Shown: positions 1 to 10,807, counted from the stretch's first letter. The stretch: 64,000 nucleotides of DNA from Scyliorhinus canicula (GCF_902713615.1 NC_052152.1:149718815-149782814), one strand, 5' to 3'. Program-made: numbers and translations. The notes: generated by a model from the letters alone, not told the origin.

Positions 1-83
1 AGCAGTTTAATTCAACAATTAGGATCGAGGCGTTCTCAGTAATTTTATCAATACACGCTCATCACGGTCAGATACCATCAAAA

Positions 84-620
84 CAGTGCCCAAACTGTGG
101 AAGTGCTTATCAAATCACAACAACATGTTTAGCCCGAGGAAATAAGTGCAATTCATGCTCTAAGTGACACCACTTTCGCAAGATGTGCAGTGGTGTCATC
201 GGAGAAGACTTTGTCGGTTTGACATGTGGACAAGTCTCCCCCTGAGGCCCTGCATAAAATATAAAGCAGCAGGTCATTTTAAGTTATGCAAGCCTTGTGG
301 CAAATGATTAGCTCACAGAAATGTGAACACAGACCACAAAAAAATATACTTGGAAGAGAGGCAATTTCTGTGCGGGCAGGATTTAATTTGAACCCCTTTC
401 CACCCACAGAAACATCTACTGATAGGAAACACTGAACAAACTTTCAAATGCAATTTAGGTGACCAAACCTTTGTGCGTCCTTCGTGCTTGACAGTCATAA
501 AATGGCACTAGAGAAGGCGAAGATTTGTCTATATTGTGACCAGAAATCTGCCAGCAATGGAACATCACATGTACACATCTTTTGAACCCATTCGGATGAG
601 CACCCATACCAGAGCTCTAC
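84..620 (+). pseudogene. Highly decayed Gypsy-type LTR retrotransposon remnant (gag zinc knuckles, possible integrase scrap)
   Basis: 84-191 translates as QCPNCGSAYQITTTCLARGNKCNSCSK*HHFRKMCS, a degenerate double CCHC knuckle like the one in the Gypsy gag at 5671-7002. QQWNIT near 550 resembles integrase core. Confidence 0.5.
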
Positions 621-654
621 AGTGATAAAGCTTTCTGCAAGATTGATGGATTAA

Positions 655-832
655 AAATGAAATGAAATGAAATGAAAATCTCTTATTGTCACAAGTAGGC
701 TTCAATTAAGTTACTGTGAGAAGCCCCTAGTCGCCACATTCCGGCGCCTGTTTGGGGAGGCTGGTACAGGAATTGAACCGTGCTGCTGGCCTCCTTTCAA
801 AGCCAGCAATTTAGCCCAGTGTGCTAAACCAG
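655..832 (-). mobile_element. Short tRNA-derived SINE (family B) with (CATTT)n tail
   Basis: Reverse complement has A/B-box-like head (TGGTTTAGCAC..GGTTCAATTCC), a GGCGCCGGAATGTGGCGACTAGGGGC body and a CATTT repeat tail. Homologous to 12458-12625, 45740-45912 and 56166-56354. Confidence 0.85.
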
Positions 833-1703
833 TTAAAGATATACATCAGAACACACACATGGGACAACATTACCATTTCTTAACAGTTCGATGACAACAT
901 AAAGTGTAATGTAAGATACTTGATAACAAACAGACCAATGATGAAGAGGATCTGTTTCCTTTCCTGAGCGATGAGTGATGTTGATCATTCACTTCATAAC
1001 TTAATCATATGGAACCACAACATCAGGTTCATGGATGTAATCACAGATTGAAGAGACTTTCCATATTGTCAGCAAACAGGGGTAGTTTTAAATATTTGTA
1101 TTTTTGGGTGATAGATCAAGCGTAAAGATTTGGACAAGTTTAACTTTAGTTAGCTTCATGTTAAACAAAGGTGTTTGCATGTATGAGGGTTTTGGTTTAA
1201 TTTCAAACTTTGCCTGCATTATGATTTAAGGGCTTACGACGCAAAAGTAAACAAATGTTAAAGAAAGACTCGGGGCCACTTTAGGTTGGAAATAATTTTT
1301 GAGTTCAGTTTTAAGCTGGACCCAATGTCAGTTTGGACTAGGTAGCTGGAGAGGAAGCAGCTCTCACAGAGATTGCCAGAATTGAGAGCAGGACAATGGA
1401 GTAAGGGCAAGAAAGCAAGTTCCAGAAACGAAGGAACAGATAGTTTTAGAAACCAGCGAATAAAAGAAAAGTCCCAAGAAGGCTGAAGTCAAAGAGACAG
1501 AAGGAATTAGAAACTGAACAAAGGTACTGTTCATTGAACTTAAAGAAAGGAACAGAGAGAGAGGCTCCCAGTTAAATAGAGAGCTGACAGGTAAGGACCT
1601 GGTGAGATTGGCTAGTGGGAAGCCAGATATCTGAAGTAATCCTAACGTTGGTGACCTTAATAGTCTCTGAAACAATGGTATTCTGTTGATAAAGCTGGAT
1701 ACA

Positions 1704-2067
1704 TTTTTTAAAAAACATTTTATTAAGGCATTTATAATTTTAGAACAAAAAATACATATGTAAACAACTCAATAAATAACACCCCCCAACCAACAACCAT
1801 ACCCAGTCAACATGGCTTAGACACACAATTCCCCAGTCCCTCCTCTCGCTGATCCTGCCTAAACCAAGCTACACTAACTCTCCACCCGGCCCAAAACCCC
1901 CATTCCCTTCACCCACCCCACCTATTGTATCTGCTAATAGTTTAGTTTTCCCCAAAGATAAACGGCTGCCAACTCCGGACGAACCCTAACATTGATCCTC
2001 TCAGGGCAAACTTAATTTTCTTGAGCCTCAGAAACCTAGCCAAGCCACTAACCCATACCCCTGATTT
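1704..2067 (-). mobile_element. L1-clade LINE 3' fragment (ORF2 C-terminus, 3'UTR, poly-A)
   Basis: LARFLRLKKIKFALRGSMLGFVRSWQPFI matches the fish-type L1 ORF2 end (compare 57190-57250). AATAAA and an A-tail lie on the minus strand at ~1704-1725. Confidence 0.7.
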
Positions 2068-2768
2068 TGGGCAGCTACAGGAGGCTGCATAATGTGAACA
2101 CCAAGGCCGCCACGCACAGGACAATCTTGTTGCCTGCAGGCTCACCAATGAGGGGACTTGGCCACTGGCAGCTTGAATGTAAAGTCGCACCCCGCACACC
2201 ACACTACCCTCTTCTCTGGCCACCCACACACCCACCCCATGCACCAGTACTCCCTTCGTGCATCCCACCTGCTTCGCTACAGGGTTCTGCCCCTGGGCTG
2301 GCAGTATCAGCAGGACTGGTCCATGGGATGGAGGAGGATTATGACATGCTCAACGATGAGCTCTGGTGCTCTGCATCACTTGGCAAGGTATGACCCCTGC
2401 ACGCGTAGCACTTTCCACTGTCCGCTCAGGTGATCCCTGCATGTGTGCTGGCCATTCGATGCCACAGTCCCATCAAAGTCCTGGGGTGGCTGGGGTGGGA
2501 CAGGGGCCGGGGTGTGGTTGGTTATTGGGGCATTGTACAATGATGAGTCACTCACCGAGTAGGCTCTACCACATGGTGCCTCCACATATCTGGCCCCGTT
2601 CTCTGTCACCTTAGAGTGCGATCCCAGAGGTAGCCTCTGACTGACTTGGGGTACCTGGCCCCTGTCTATCTCCAGTAACTGTGTCCCACACCACCAGCCA
2701 CCCACCACAACCCATCCCGTCCCGCCTCTGCTCCCAGCCTCCACTCACATGCTTCAGAGGTAGCATGG
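2068..2768. mobile_element. Harbinger internal fragment (transposase 3' end plus inter-gene region)
   Basis: 2068-2170 aligns to the transposase C-terminus at 15950-16050. 2290-2490 aligns to 16195-16390 and 61740-61915. Confidence 0.75.
2277..2480 (-). pseudogene. Putative third Harbinger coding exon, copy A (unknown protein)
   Basis: CCCCAG acceptor, then DFDGTVASNGQHTCRDHLSGQWKVLRVQGSYLAK*CRAPELIVEHVIILLHPMDQSC*YCQPRGRTL-stop. Upstream 75-nt GTGAGT...CAG intron at 2481-2555. Homologous frames at 16181-16384 and 61711-61914. Confidence 0.6.
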
Positions 2769-2873
2769 CACATAGAAATATAGAAAATAGGAGCAGGAGG
2801 AGGCCATTTGTTTCTTTGTGCCTGATCCTCTCTGATCATGGCTGGTCATCCAACTCAATAGCCTAATCCCACT

Positions 2874-3110
2874 TGAGGCACTCTCAATTACGACACGAAA
2901 GTTTGGTCAGTAATCAAAGGCTTTAATAAGCAGTGAACAATGGCAGCCTCCATGAGAAGTGTGCTCGCAAAATGGAGTCTCATCTTAAGTACTGTTTCCC
3001 AGGGGGCGTAGCCAGAGGCGGAGTCACCCAGGGTTCCAAGCCTCTTAAAGGGGCAATGTATTCTGATCATCACAAGCCTCTTAAAGGGGCAAGGTATTCC
3101 GATCATCACA
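2874..3110 (-). repeat. 3' LTR of Gypsy element
   Basis: Direct repeat of 7015-7251 with TG/CA ends, an internal 36-bp tandem duplication and ATTAAA on the minus strand. Confidence 0.97.
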
Positions 3111-3165
3111 TTCACCCAGTGTTTAAAAAAAACACATAGTCCGTCGGGGATGAAGTGTTTTTAAA

Positions 3166-4552
3166 TTATAAGTTCAGTCTTTGTGGTGGTCTGATAGTCC
3201 ATGCTGACTTTCGCCGCTCCGGTGGTGGCGCCGTGGATGCGGTCGGTTCCGATGGTGGTCTATCCGAGAGCACGGTTGACTGAAGCTTTGTCCGCCTTGG
3301 AGAGGGGGGGGTATCAGGAGTGATTAGGGTGGTCGGTGTCGGCAGGGGGGCAGGGGGCGCTATGGAGGGGGCGCTGTCGAAGTCGGCATTCGGTGTAGGG
3401 CCGGGAGCGTCGGTAGAAGGGGGGGGGTCGGTGGGAGGATCGGTGGAGTCAGTGGGAGAGCCAGCGGGTGCCAGGTCTCGCAGGGATACAGTATACTGCC
3501 TGCCGTCGGGGTGCTCGACGTAGGCATAACGAGGGTTTGCGTGCAGCAGGTGGACCCTCTCGACGATGGGATCCGTTTTATGGCTCCTCACATGCCTCCG
3601 GAGTAGGACTGGGCCCGGAGTCGTCAGCCAGGGTGGAAGCGAGACTCCAGAGGTGGACTTCCTGGGGAAGACAAACAAACGATTGTGAGGGGTCTCATTC
3701 GTGGCCGTACAGAGGAGCAACCTAATGGAGTTCAGGGCATCGGGTAGGGCCTCCTGCCAGCGGGCGATAGGGAGACTCCTTGACCGTAGGGCTAGGAGGA
3801 CAGCCTTCCAAACTGTCGTGTTATCCCTCTCCACTTGCTCGTTTCCCCGCGGGTTATAGCTTGTCGTCCTGCTCGAGGCGATACCCTTGCTGACCAGGTA
3901 CCGACGCAGCTCATCGCTCATGAACGATGTGGATATAAGCGGGGAAACCAAACAGAGCAAAGATGCTGCGCAGTGCCTTGATCACGGAGGCCGAGGTAGT
4001 ATCGGGGCAGGGGACAGCAAAAGGGAAGCGGGAGAATTCATCGATGACGGTGAGGAAATAGATGTTGCGGTTGTTGGACGGGAGAGGCCCTTTGAAGTCC
4101 ACGCTTAGTCGCTCAAAGGGCCCAGAGGCTTTTATCAGGCGGGCCTTGTCTGGTCGATAGAACTGCGGTTTGCATTCTGCACAGGTCTGGCATGCCTTAG
4201 TCATGGTCTTGACCTCCCCTGTGGAGTAGGGCAGGTTGCGGGACTTGATGAAGTGGGCAAGCCGGGTGACCCCCGGGTGGCAGAGGTCATCGTGGATGGC
4301 TCTCAGGCGGTCCAATTGCGCGTTGGCGCACGTGCCGCGAGACAGGGCATCTGGGGACTCGTTGAGCTTCCCCGGGTGATATTTGATATCGTACGTATAG
4401 GTGGAGAGCTCTATTCTCCACCTCAGAATCTTGTCGTTCTTTATTTTGCCCCGTTGTGCATTATCGAACATAAAGGCGACCGACCGTTGGTCGGTGATGA
4501 GGGTGAACCTCCTACCAGCTAGGTAGTGCCTCCAGTGTCGCACGGCCTCCAC
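3166..4552 (-). pseudogene. pol: Gypsy Pol fragment: RNase H end and integrase (frameshift near 3925)
   Basis: HHCC zinc finger (HDDLCHPG...CQTCAEC), SVDFKGP, YNPRGNEQVER. Pro/Thr-rich C-terminus with no chromodomain. Confidence 0.92.
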
Positions 4553-4609
4553 TATGGCTTGTGCCTCCTTCTCGACTGCAGAGTGTCGAATTTCCGAGGC
4601 GTTGAGGGT

Positions 4610-5413
4610 TCAGGAGAAGAACGCTACTGGTCTGCCCACTTGGTTGAGGGTAGCAGCCAGGGCGACGTCTGATGCATCGCTTTCTATTTGAAAGGGGATG
4701 GCTTCGTCCACCGCGTTCATGGCGGCCTTGATGATGCCGGCCTTGATATGCTTGAAAGCCGACTGGGCCTCATCCGTCAGAGGAAAAACCGTGGTCTTAA
4801 TGAGTGGCCGGGCTTTGTCCCCATATCTGGGGACCCACTGGGCGTAATAGGAGAAAAGCCCCAAACACCGTTTGAGTGCCTTGAGGCTACGGGGGAGGGG
4901 GAGTTCCTTAAGGGGACGCATGCGGTCGGGGTCCGGGCCTAGGACCCCGTTCTCCACGACGTAGCCGAGGATGGCGAGCCGGGCTGTGTGGAACACGCAT
5001 TTCTCTTTGTTGTAGGTGAGGTTGAGGGCCCGGGCAGTCTGGAGGAACTTCCTCAGGTTTGCGTCGTGGTCCTGCTGGTCATGGCCGCAGATGGTGACGT
5101 TGTCCAAGTACGGGAAGGTCGCCCGTAAGCCGTACTGGTCCACCATTTGATCCATCGCCCTCTGGAAAACGGAGACTCCGTTTGTAACACCAAAGGGTAC
5201 CCTGAGGAAGTGAAACAGCCGACCGGCTGCTTCAAAAGCCGTGTAGGGGCGGTCCTCTGAGCGAATAGGGAGTTGGTGGTAGGCCGATTTGAGGTCAACC
5301 GTGGAGAATACCCGATACTGGGCAATTTGGGTCACCATTTCAGCTATTCGGGGAAGTGGGTACGCATTGAGTTGTGTGAAGCGGTTTATTGTCTGGCTAT
5401 AATCCACAACCAT
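4610..5413 (-). pseudogene. pol: Gypsy Pol fragment: reverse transcriptase and start of RNase H
   Basis: Motifs VDLKSAYHQ, PFGVTN, YLDN, IESDASDVALAA. Stop codons on both sides of the fragment. Confidence 0.92.
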
Positions 5414-5670
5414 GCGTTGCTTTTTCCCGGACCGGACGACTAATACCTGGGCCCTCTAAGGGCTGTTGCTGGCCTCTATGACCCCCTCTTTTAGTAGCCG
5501 CTGAACCTCCGACTTGATGAAAGTCAAGTCTTGGGTACTGTACCGGCGACTCTTGGTGGCAATGGGCTTACAGTCGGGAGTGAGGTTCGCGAAGAGGCGG
5601 GGTGGCGCAACTTTGAGTGTCGCCAGGCTGCAGACTGTGAGTGGGGGCAGGGGTCCGCCGAACTTCAGTG

Positions 5671-7002
5671 TCAGGCTCCGGTGGCTGCACTGAAAGTCGA
5701 GGCCAAGCAGCAGGGGGGCGCAGAGTTGAGGAAAAATGTACAGTTTAAACGGGAGTATTTCGCGCCTTGAATTGTGAGGTCAGCGACACAATACCCCGTG
5801 ATTTGAACCAAATGGGACCCTGAGGCGAGGGCGATAGTTTGGGAGGCGGGATGGGTGCGCAGGGAGCAGCGCCTTACCGTGTCTGGGTGGATAAAGCTCT
5901 CCGTGCTCCCGGAGTCGAACAGGCAGGGAGTGTCTTGGCCGTTGATTCGCACCCGCATCATCGAGTTTTGCAGGTGTTTCGGCCGTGATTGATCAAGCGT
6001 GATCGCTCCTAGGTGCGGGCCGTCAGAGTCGGACTCACAAAATGGCCGCCCGGAGTCACAAGATGGCCGCCGGTCGCACGTGTCGGATTTCGAAGATGGC
6101 CGCCGCCAAGATGGCCGCTCCCATGACTCGCACGAGGTCGATGACGCGTCAGAAGTGGCCGTGTCTGGCCGCAGTGCAGCCGCGTTGCGGGGTCTGTGAG
6201 GCCGGGAGCTTGATTTCTGGGCCCAGTGAGACTTTTGTTTGTGGCCTTTGGGCCCAGCCAGGCAGACTTTCGCGAAGTGCCCTTTCTTCCCGCAGTCGTT
6301 GCAGGTCGCAGATCGGGCCGGACAACGCTGACGTGGGTGCTGGCCTTGCCCACAGAAATAGCATGGGGAGCCCCCGGAGTGAGTGGATCGACGCGTGGTA
6401 CAGGCCTGTAGCGTGGCCGAGTCTGGAGGGGATCGAGAGGGATTCGTAAGGAACGCGGAGTACGTACGGAGGTTACGGTGGGCCGTTTCGAGAGAAAAGC
6501 CGAGCGTTACCGTGCCTTGGAGATCCTTCGCCCCGTCTTCTAGGAGCCGCTGCCGGATGTACGATGACCTGATGCCAGACACAAGGGCATCGCGGATATG
6601 TAAGTCCCTGTGTTCTTCAGCCGTCACTGCTTTGTGGTCGCAGTTCCTCGCGAGCGCGGTGAGTCTTTCCACGAACTCGTCCAGCATTTCCCCGGAGCGC
6701 TGGCTGCAGGTCGAGAGCAAATGCCTGGCATGTACCTCATTGGTAGTCTTTATGAAGCGTTTCTTCAATATTTCGATCTCCGCCTCATAGGTCGTAGCGG
6801 TTTCGATCATGGCGGATATTCGGTGGCTCACCCGGCCATGTAAGAAGCGCAGCTTGCGAGCGCTGTCGACATCAGACGGTGAGGAGTCCAGATAATCCTC
6901 AAAACACCGGAGCCAATGTTTAAAGATTTCCGAGGCTTCAGGCGTCCTGCCATCCAGGTTGAGTTTCTCTGGTTTCAGACCGCTGTCCATCTTGATGTGC
7001 AC
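5671..7002 (-). CDS. gag: Gypsy Gag-protease (frameshifts out of pol near 5750)
   Basis: Two zinc knuckles (CYFCGQGQHPRQRCPARSATCNDCGKKGHFAKVC) and aspartic protease motif LFDSGS. Confidence 0.9.
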   Translation of the reverse strand: MHIKMDSGLKPEKLNLDGRTPEASEIFKHWLRCFEDYLDSSPSDVDSARKLRFLHGRVSHRISAMIETATTYEAEIEILKKRFIKTTNEVHARHLLSTCSQRSGEMLDEFVERLTALARNCDHKAVTAEEHRDLHIRDALVSGIRSSYIRQRLLEDGAKDLQGTVTLGFSLETAHRNLRTYSAFLTNPSRSPPDSATLQACTTRRSTHSGGSPCYFCGQGQHPRQRCPARSATCNDCGKKGHFAKVCLAGPKGHKQKSHWAQKSSSRPHRPRNAAALRPDTATSDASSTSCESWERPSWRRPSSKSDTCDRRPSCDSGRPFCESDSDGPHLGAITLDQSRPKHLQNSMMRVRINGQDTPCLFDSGSTESFIHPDTVRRCSLRTHPASQTIALASGSHLVQITGYCVADLTIQGAKYSRLNCTFFLNSAPPCCLASTFSAATGA

Positions 7003-7014
7003 TGCTTATTAAAT

Positions 7015-7251
7015 TGAGGCACTCTCAATTATGACACAAAAGTTTGGTCAGTAATCAAAGGCTTTAATAAGCAGTGAACAATGGCAGCCTCCATGAGAAG
7101 TGTGCTCGCAAAATGGAGTCTCATCTTAAGTACTGTTTCCCAGGGGGCGTAGCCAGAGGCGGAGTCCCCCAGGGTTCCAAGCCTCTTAAAGGGGCAATGT
7201 ATTCCGATCATCACAAGCCTCTTAAAGGGGCAAGGTATTCCGATCATCACA
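7015..7251 (-). repeat. 5' LTR of Gypsy element
   Basis: Direct repeat of 2874-3110, immediately upstream of gag. Confidence 0.97.
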
Positions 7252-8651
7252 CCACTCTCTCCCATATCCTTTGATCCCCATTCAAGTGCTATATCTGACT
7301 GCTTCTTGAAAGCATGCAATGATTTGGCCTCAACTACTTCCTGTGGTAACGAATTACACAGGTCAACCACTGTCTGGGTGAAGAAATTGCTCCTCAACTC
7401 TGTCTTAAATGGTTTACCCCATATCCTCAGATGTGACCCCTGGTTCTGGACACACCCAATCTCCTGCATCTACCCTATCTAATCCTGCTAGGGTTTTATA
7501 AGTTTCTGTGGGACCCCACCCCCTCATTCTTCTGAACTCCACCGAATATAATCCTAACCGATTCAATCTCTCCTCATACATCAGTCCCGCCATCCCAGGA
7601 ATCAGTCTGGTAAACCTTCACTGCACTCCCTCTGGAGCAAGATTATTCTTCCTCAGATAAGGAGACCAAAACTGCACAGAATATTCCATGTATGGCCTCA
7701 CCTAAACCCTGTATGATTGCAACAAGATATCCCTGCTCCTGTACTCGAATCCTCTCGCTATGAAGGCCAGTATACCATTTGCCTTCTTTACCGCCTGCTG
7801 TACCTGCATGCTTATCTTCAGTGACTGGTGTACAAGCACATTTCTACCTCCTAATTTATGGATATTCAGATAATCATCTGCCTTCCCATTTTTGATACTA
7901 ACGTGGATAACCAAGCGTTTCTCCAAATTATACTGCATTTGCCCACTCACGCAACTTGTCCAAATCACACTGAAGAATCTCTGCATCCTCCTCACAGCTC
8001 ACCCTCCCACCCAACTTGGTGTCACCTGCAAGTTTGGAAATATGACATTTTGTCCCGTCATCTGAATCATGATATATATTGTGAATAGCTGGGGCCCCAG
8101 CACCGATCCCTGCAGTAACACACTAGTTACTGCCTGCCAATTTGAAAAAGACACAATAATTTCTATTCTTTGTTTCCTGTCTGCCAACCAGTTTTCTGTC
8201 CATCCCTTAATCACATTTACTTAAATTTTACACACCAATCTCTAATGTGGGACTTTGTCAAAAGCCTTCCACATCCACTGGCTCCCCCTTGTCAATTCTA
8301 CATCCAGTTACATCCTCGAAGAATTCCAACAGAGGTGTCAATCATAATTTCCTCTTCATAAATCTATGTTAGCTCTGTCTGATCCTGCCATTATTTTCTT
8401 AGTGCTCTGCTGTAAAATCTTTGATCATGAATTCTAGAATTTTCACCATTACGGACGTCAGACTTACTGGCCTATAATTCCTTTTTTTCTCTCTACTTTG
8501 TTTTTTAAATAGTGATGTTACATTAGCTACCCTCCAATCTGTAGGAACTGTTCCCGAGTCTGTAGAATTCTGGAAGATGACCATCAATGCATTCACTATT
8601 TCTAAAGTCACTTCCTTAATAAGCCAGTGAACAGATGTTTGTTATGATACA

Positions 8652-8924
8652 TGTTATATTACCTTACGTAATATATATATTACTCTCTTGAACCAACTAG
8701 TAAATAAAGAAACTATTGTAGAGGCAACTAATTAAATTATACAATACAATGCTTTGATAACAAATACCTTCTCTCTCTAGCTTTACTATGACCGTTCTCT
8801 CTGCACTCAGAAAGAGTGGGGAAACCATTAATATAGGTTCTGATAGTGAGACCTCGAGTGTTCAATTGCCTGTACTAGCATTACATATATTGATCATGTA
8901 TATTGATATACAGAGACCACTACA
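8652..8924 (-). mobile_element. Solo LTR (273 bp)
   Basis: TG...CA ends flanked by 5-bp TSD ATACA (8647-8651 and 8925-8929). Confidence 0.75.
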
Positions 8925-8946
8925 ATACATACATTCAATACAATTC

Positions 8947-9290
8947 AGCACGGTAGCATGGTGGTTAGCACAATTGCTTCACAGCTCCAGGGTCCCAGGT
9001 TTGATTCCCGGCTTGGTTCACTGTCTGTGTGGAGTCTGCACGTTCTCCCCGTGTCTGCGTGGGTTTCCTCCGAGTGCTCCGGTTTCCTCCCACAGTCCAA
9101 AGACGTGTAGGTTAGATGGATTGGCCATGATAAATTGCCATTAGTGTCCAAAATTACCCTTACTGTTGGGCCGGGTTACTGGGTTATGGTGATAGGGTGG
9201 AGGTGTGGGTTTGGGTAGGGTGCTCTTTCAAAGAGCCGGTGCAGACTCGATGGGCCAAATGGCCTCCTTCTGCACTGTAAATTCTATAAG
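8947..9290 (+). mobile_element. HE1/V-SINE-like tRNA SINE (tail type 1)
   Basis: GCACGGTAGCA..GTGGTTAGCAC head, CTGCGTGGGTTTCCTCCG core and GGCCTCCTTCTGCACTGTAAATTCTAT tail. Many copies in the window. Confidence 0.9.
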
Positions 9291-9294
9291 TTTT

Positions 9295-10145
9295 ATGCCC
9301 TAGCCCCAATTGCTAACCTATGTGCTTCACATCTGCCAACTTAACTGGTGCCTAACTTTCTAACCATATAAGCCCTAATGCTATTTGTAGTGGGTCCCCC
9401 AGTTGGTACACCAAATGTAGAGGCTGTCTGCATATCTCGCTCTGCCAACTGGGTCTCCTTTGGTAGCCGTTCTCTGAAACGAACGGACCCAGATGGGCAC
9501 GTCAGTCTTCCGGGTATCATAGGTCTTGTGGTGCCACCCTATTCTGCCCACTGCCCAGGGACAGGTGGTGAAAGGTCCAGAAATGCTGCCGGCGTCACTG
9601 GCATGGACCCTCCTCTGGATGCCTGATGGCTTTTGGTCTACTCCTTGGAATGGAGGCATGGCCGCGTCAAGCTCCACGGGCTCCCATGCCACCTGCCGCC
9701 TCCACTCCTGGTGGCCTGATCTCATCTCGACCAGGGTCTCCATGCTCGGGGTCATGGAGCACAGAGACAGGACCACCTTCCTATGGGACTGTGCCACATT
9801 CCTCTTTGACTGGCTCAAGTCAACCAGCGTCTGGCCAATGCTCTCGATGCTCAAAGCCATCACCCGTTGTGACTGGGCCAAGCTCTGGAATGCAATTGCC
9901 TTGGTATATAGCTGCCTGTCACATGACCATCCTGTACTGTGCCTTGGCCACCACCCGCACAGGGTGCACCAGGCCTTGGACTTCTTGACCCATGGCTGAC
10001 ACCTTCGCATCAAAGACCTCCACCGCGGATGCTACCCATGCAGTGTTAGCCTGGGTGGCACACATTTCCGACACCACCTCCTTCCCCTGCAGGTGGTTGG
10101 ACCCCTCCAACTGCATCTACAGGAGCTGGTTGGTTGCTGACACTC
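9295..10145 (-). pseudogene. Harbinger Myb/SANT gene, last-exon fragment
   Basis: Aligns to 16620-17410 (SLAQSQRVMA..LVDLSQS..VAQS coiled-coil-like segment). Confidence 0.75.
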
Positions 10146-10243
10146 CCTCATGTAGTCCTGGCGCAAATTCTCTGGCCCGGAATGGGCTATTAGCGGCGTG
10201 ACGCACAAAAGACGCCCCCCCCGCTTCCCGGAGACCCGACAAG

Positions 10244-10807
10244 ATGGCCGCCCGCCACACAGCTCCGAGGTTCCAGGAGCGTGACATCAAGGCGCTCCGA
10301 GACGCAGTGCAGCAGAGGAGGGAGGCCCTGTACCCTGGACACGGCCACATGGTTGCCCCAAGCCTCAGCCGGCACCTGTTGAGGAAGGTGGCAGAGGTCA
10401 TCAGCGCTGTGGCTGTGACACCAAGGACAGGCGCCCAGTGCCACAAGAAGGTGAATGACCTTGTCAGGGCAGCCAGGGCGAGTACCCCCCCCCCCCCCCC
10501 CCGATGTGCGGGCACACCCCCAGATGCAACTAACCCTAACCCTAATGTGCTGCGCACCTCTGCCAATATACGCTCAACCGCTGGCCTGCATGTATATCCC
10601 TACCTAACACTATTGCCCTTTATCCCTGCCACCCACCCGCCCCCCCACAGGAGAAGCGCGCACACAACAACAGGCATCATGAGAGGACCGGAGGGGGCCC
10701 AGCTGATGAGAGACCACTCACCGTTCATGAGGAGAGGGCCCTGGAACTGGCAGGCAGACCTGAGGACTGGGAGGTTGCTCATGCAGAGGTTATGGGCGCA
10801 CCACCAA
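10244..10807 (+). pseudogene. Harbinger Myb/SANT-like DNA-binding protein, exons 1-2 (10244-10477, 10651-10807)
   Basis: APRFQERDIKALRDAV..RTGAQCHKKVNDL and EKRAHN..RTGGGP motifs; CCCACAG acceptor and GTGAGA donor. Close relative of 63917-63350. Confidence 0.85.

Larger units (their letters stand above)
2874..7251 (-). mobile_element. Full-length Gypsy/Ty3 LTR retrotransposon, recently inserted but defective
   Basis: Two 237-bp TG...CA LTRs (2874-3110, 7015-7251) differ at 4 sites. 5-bp TSD CCACT at 2869-2873 and 7252-7256. Domain order gag-PR-RT-RNaseH-IN. Confidence 0.97.
2770..8620 (-). mobile_element. Decayed CR1 LINE (3' tail 2770-2873, body 7252-8620), split by the Gypsy insertion
   Basis: CR1 RT motifs in minus-strand ORFs: DWRVANVTSLFKK..NYRPVSLTS, QGSVLGPQLFTIYI, KKANGILAFIARGFEYRSRD. 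CR1-type (TTCTAT)-like tail at 2770-2790. Confidence 0.9.

Noticed and set aside
1100-1700. Possible LTR-like segment and a 103-aa ORF
   Set aside because: No TG..CA ends with TSD found and no protein motif.
2067-2393. Plus-strand reading VHGMEEDYDMLNDELWC, shared with 16196-16297
   Set aside because: It is the antisense shadow of the conserved minus-strand exon. Splice signals and synonymous changes favour the minus frame, and copy C has a stop in the plus frame.
2888-3139. Duplicated small ORFs (also 7029-7469 and 7074-7274)
   Set aside because: Incidental frames across the two LTRs.
8947-9030. tRNA-like sequences at SINE heads
   Set aside because: They are SINE Pol III promoters, not complete tRNA cloverleaves.
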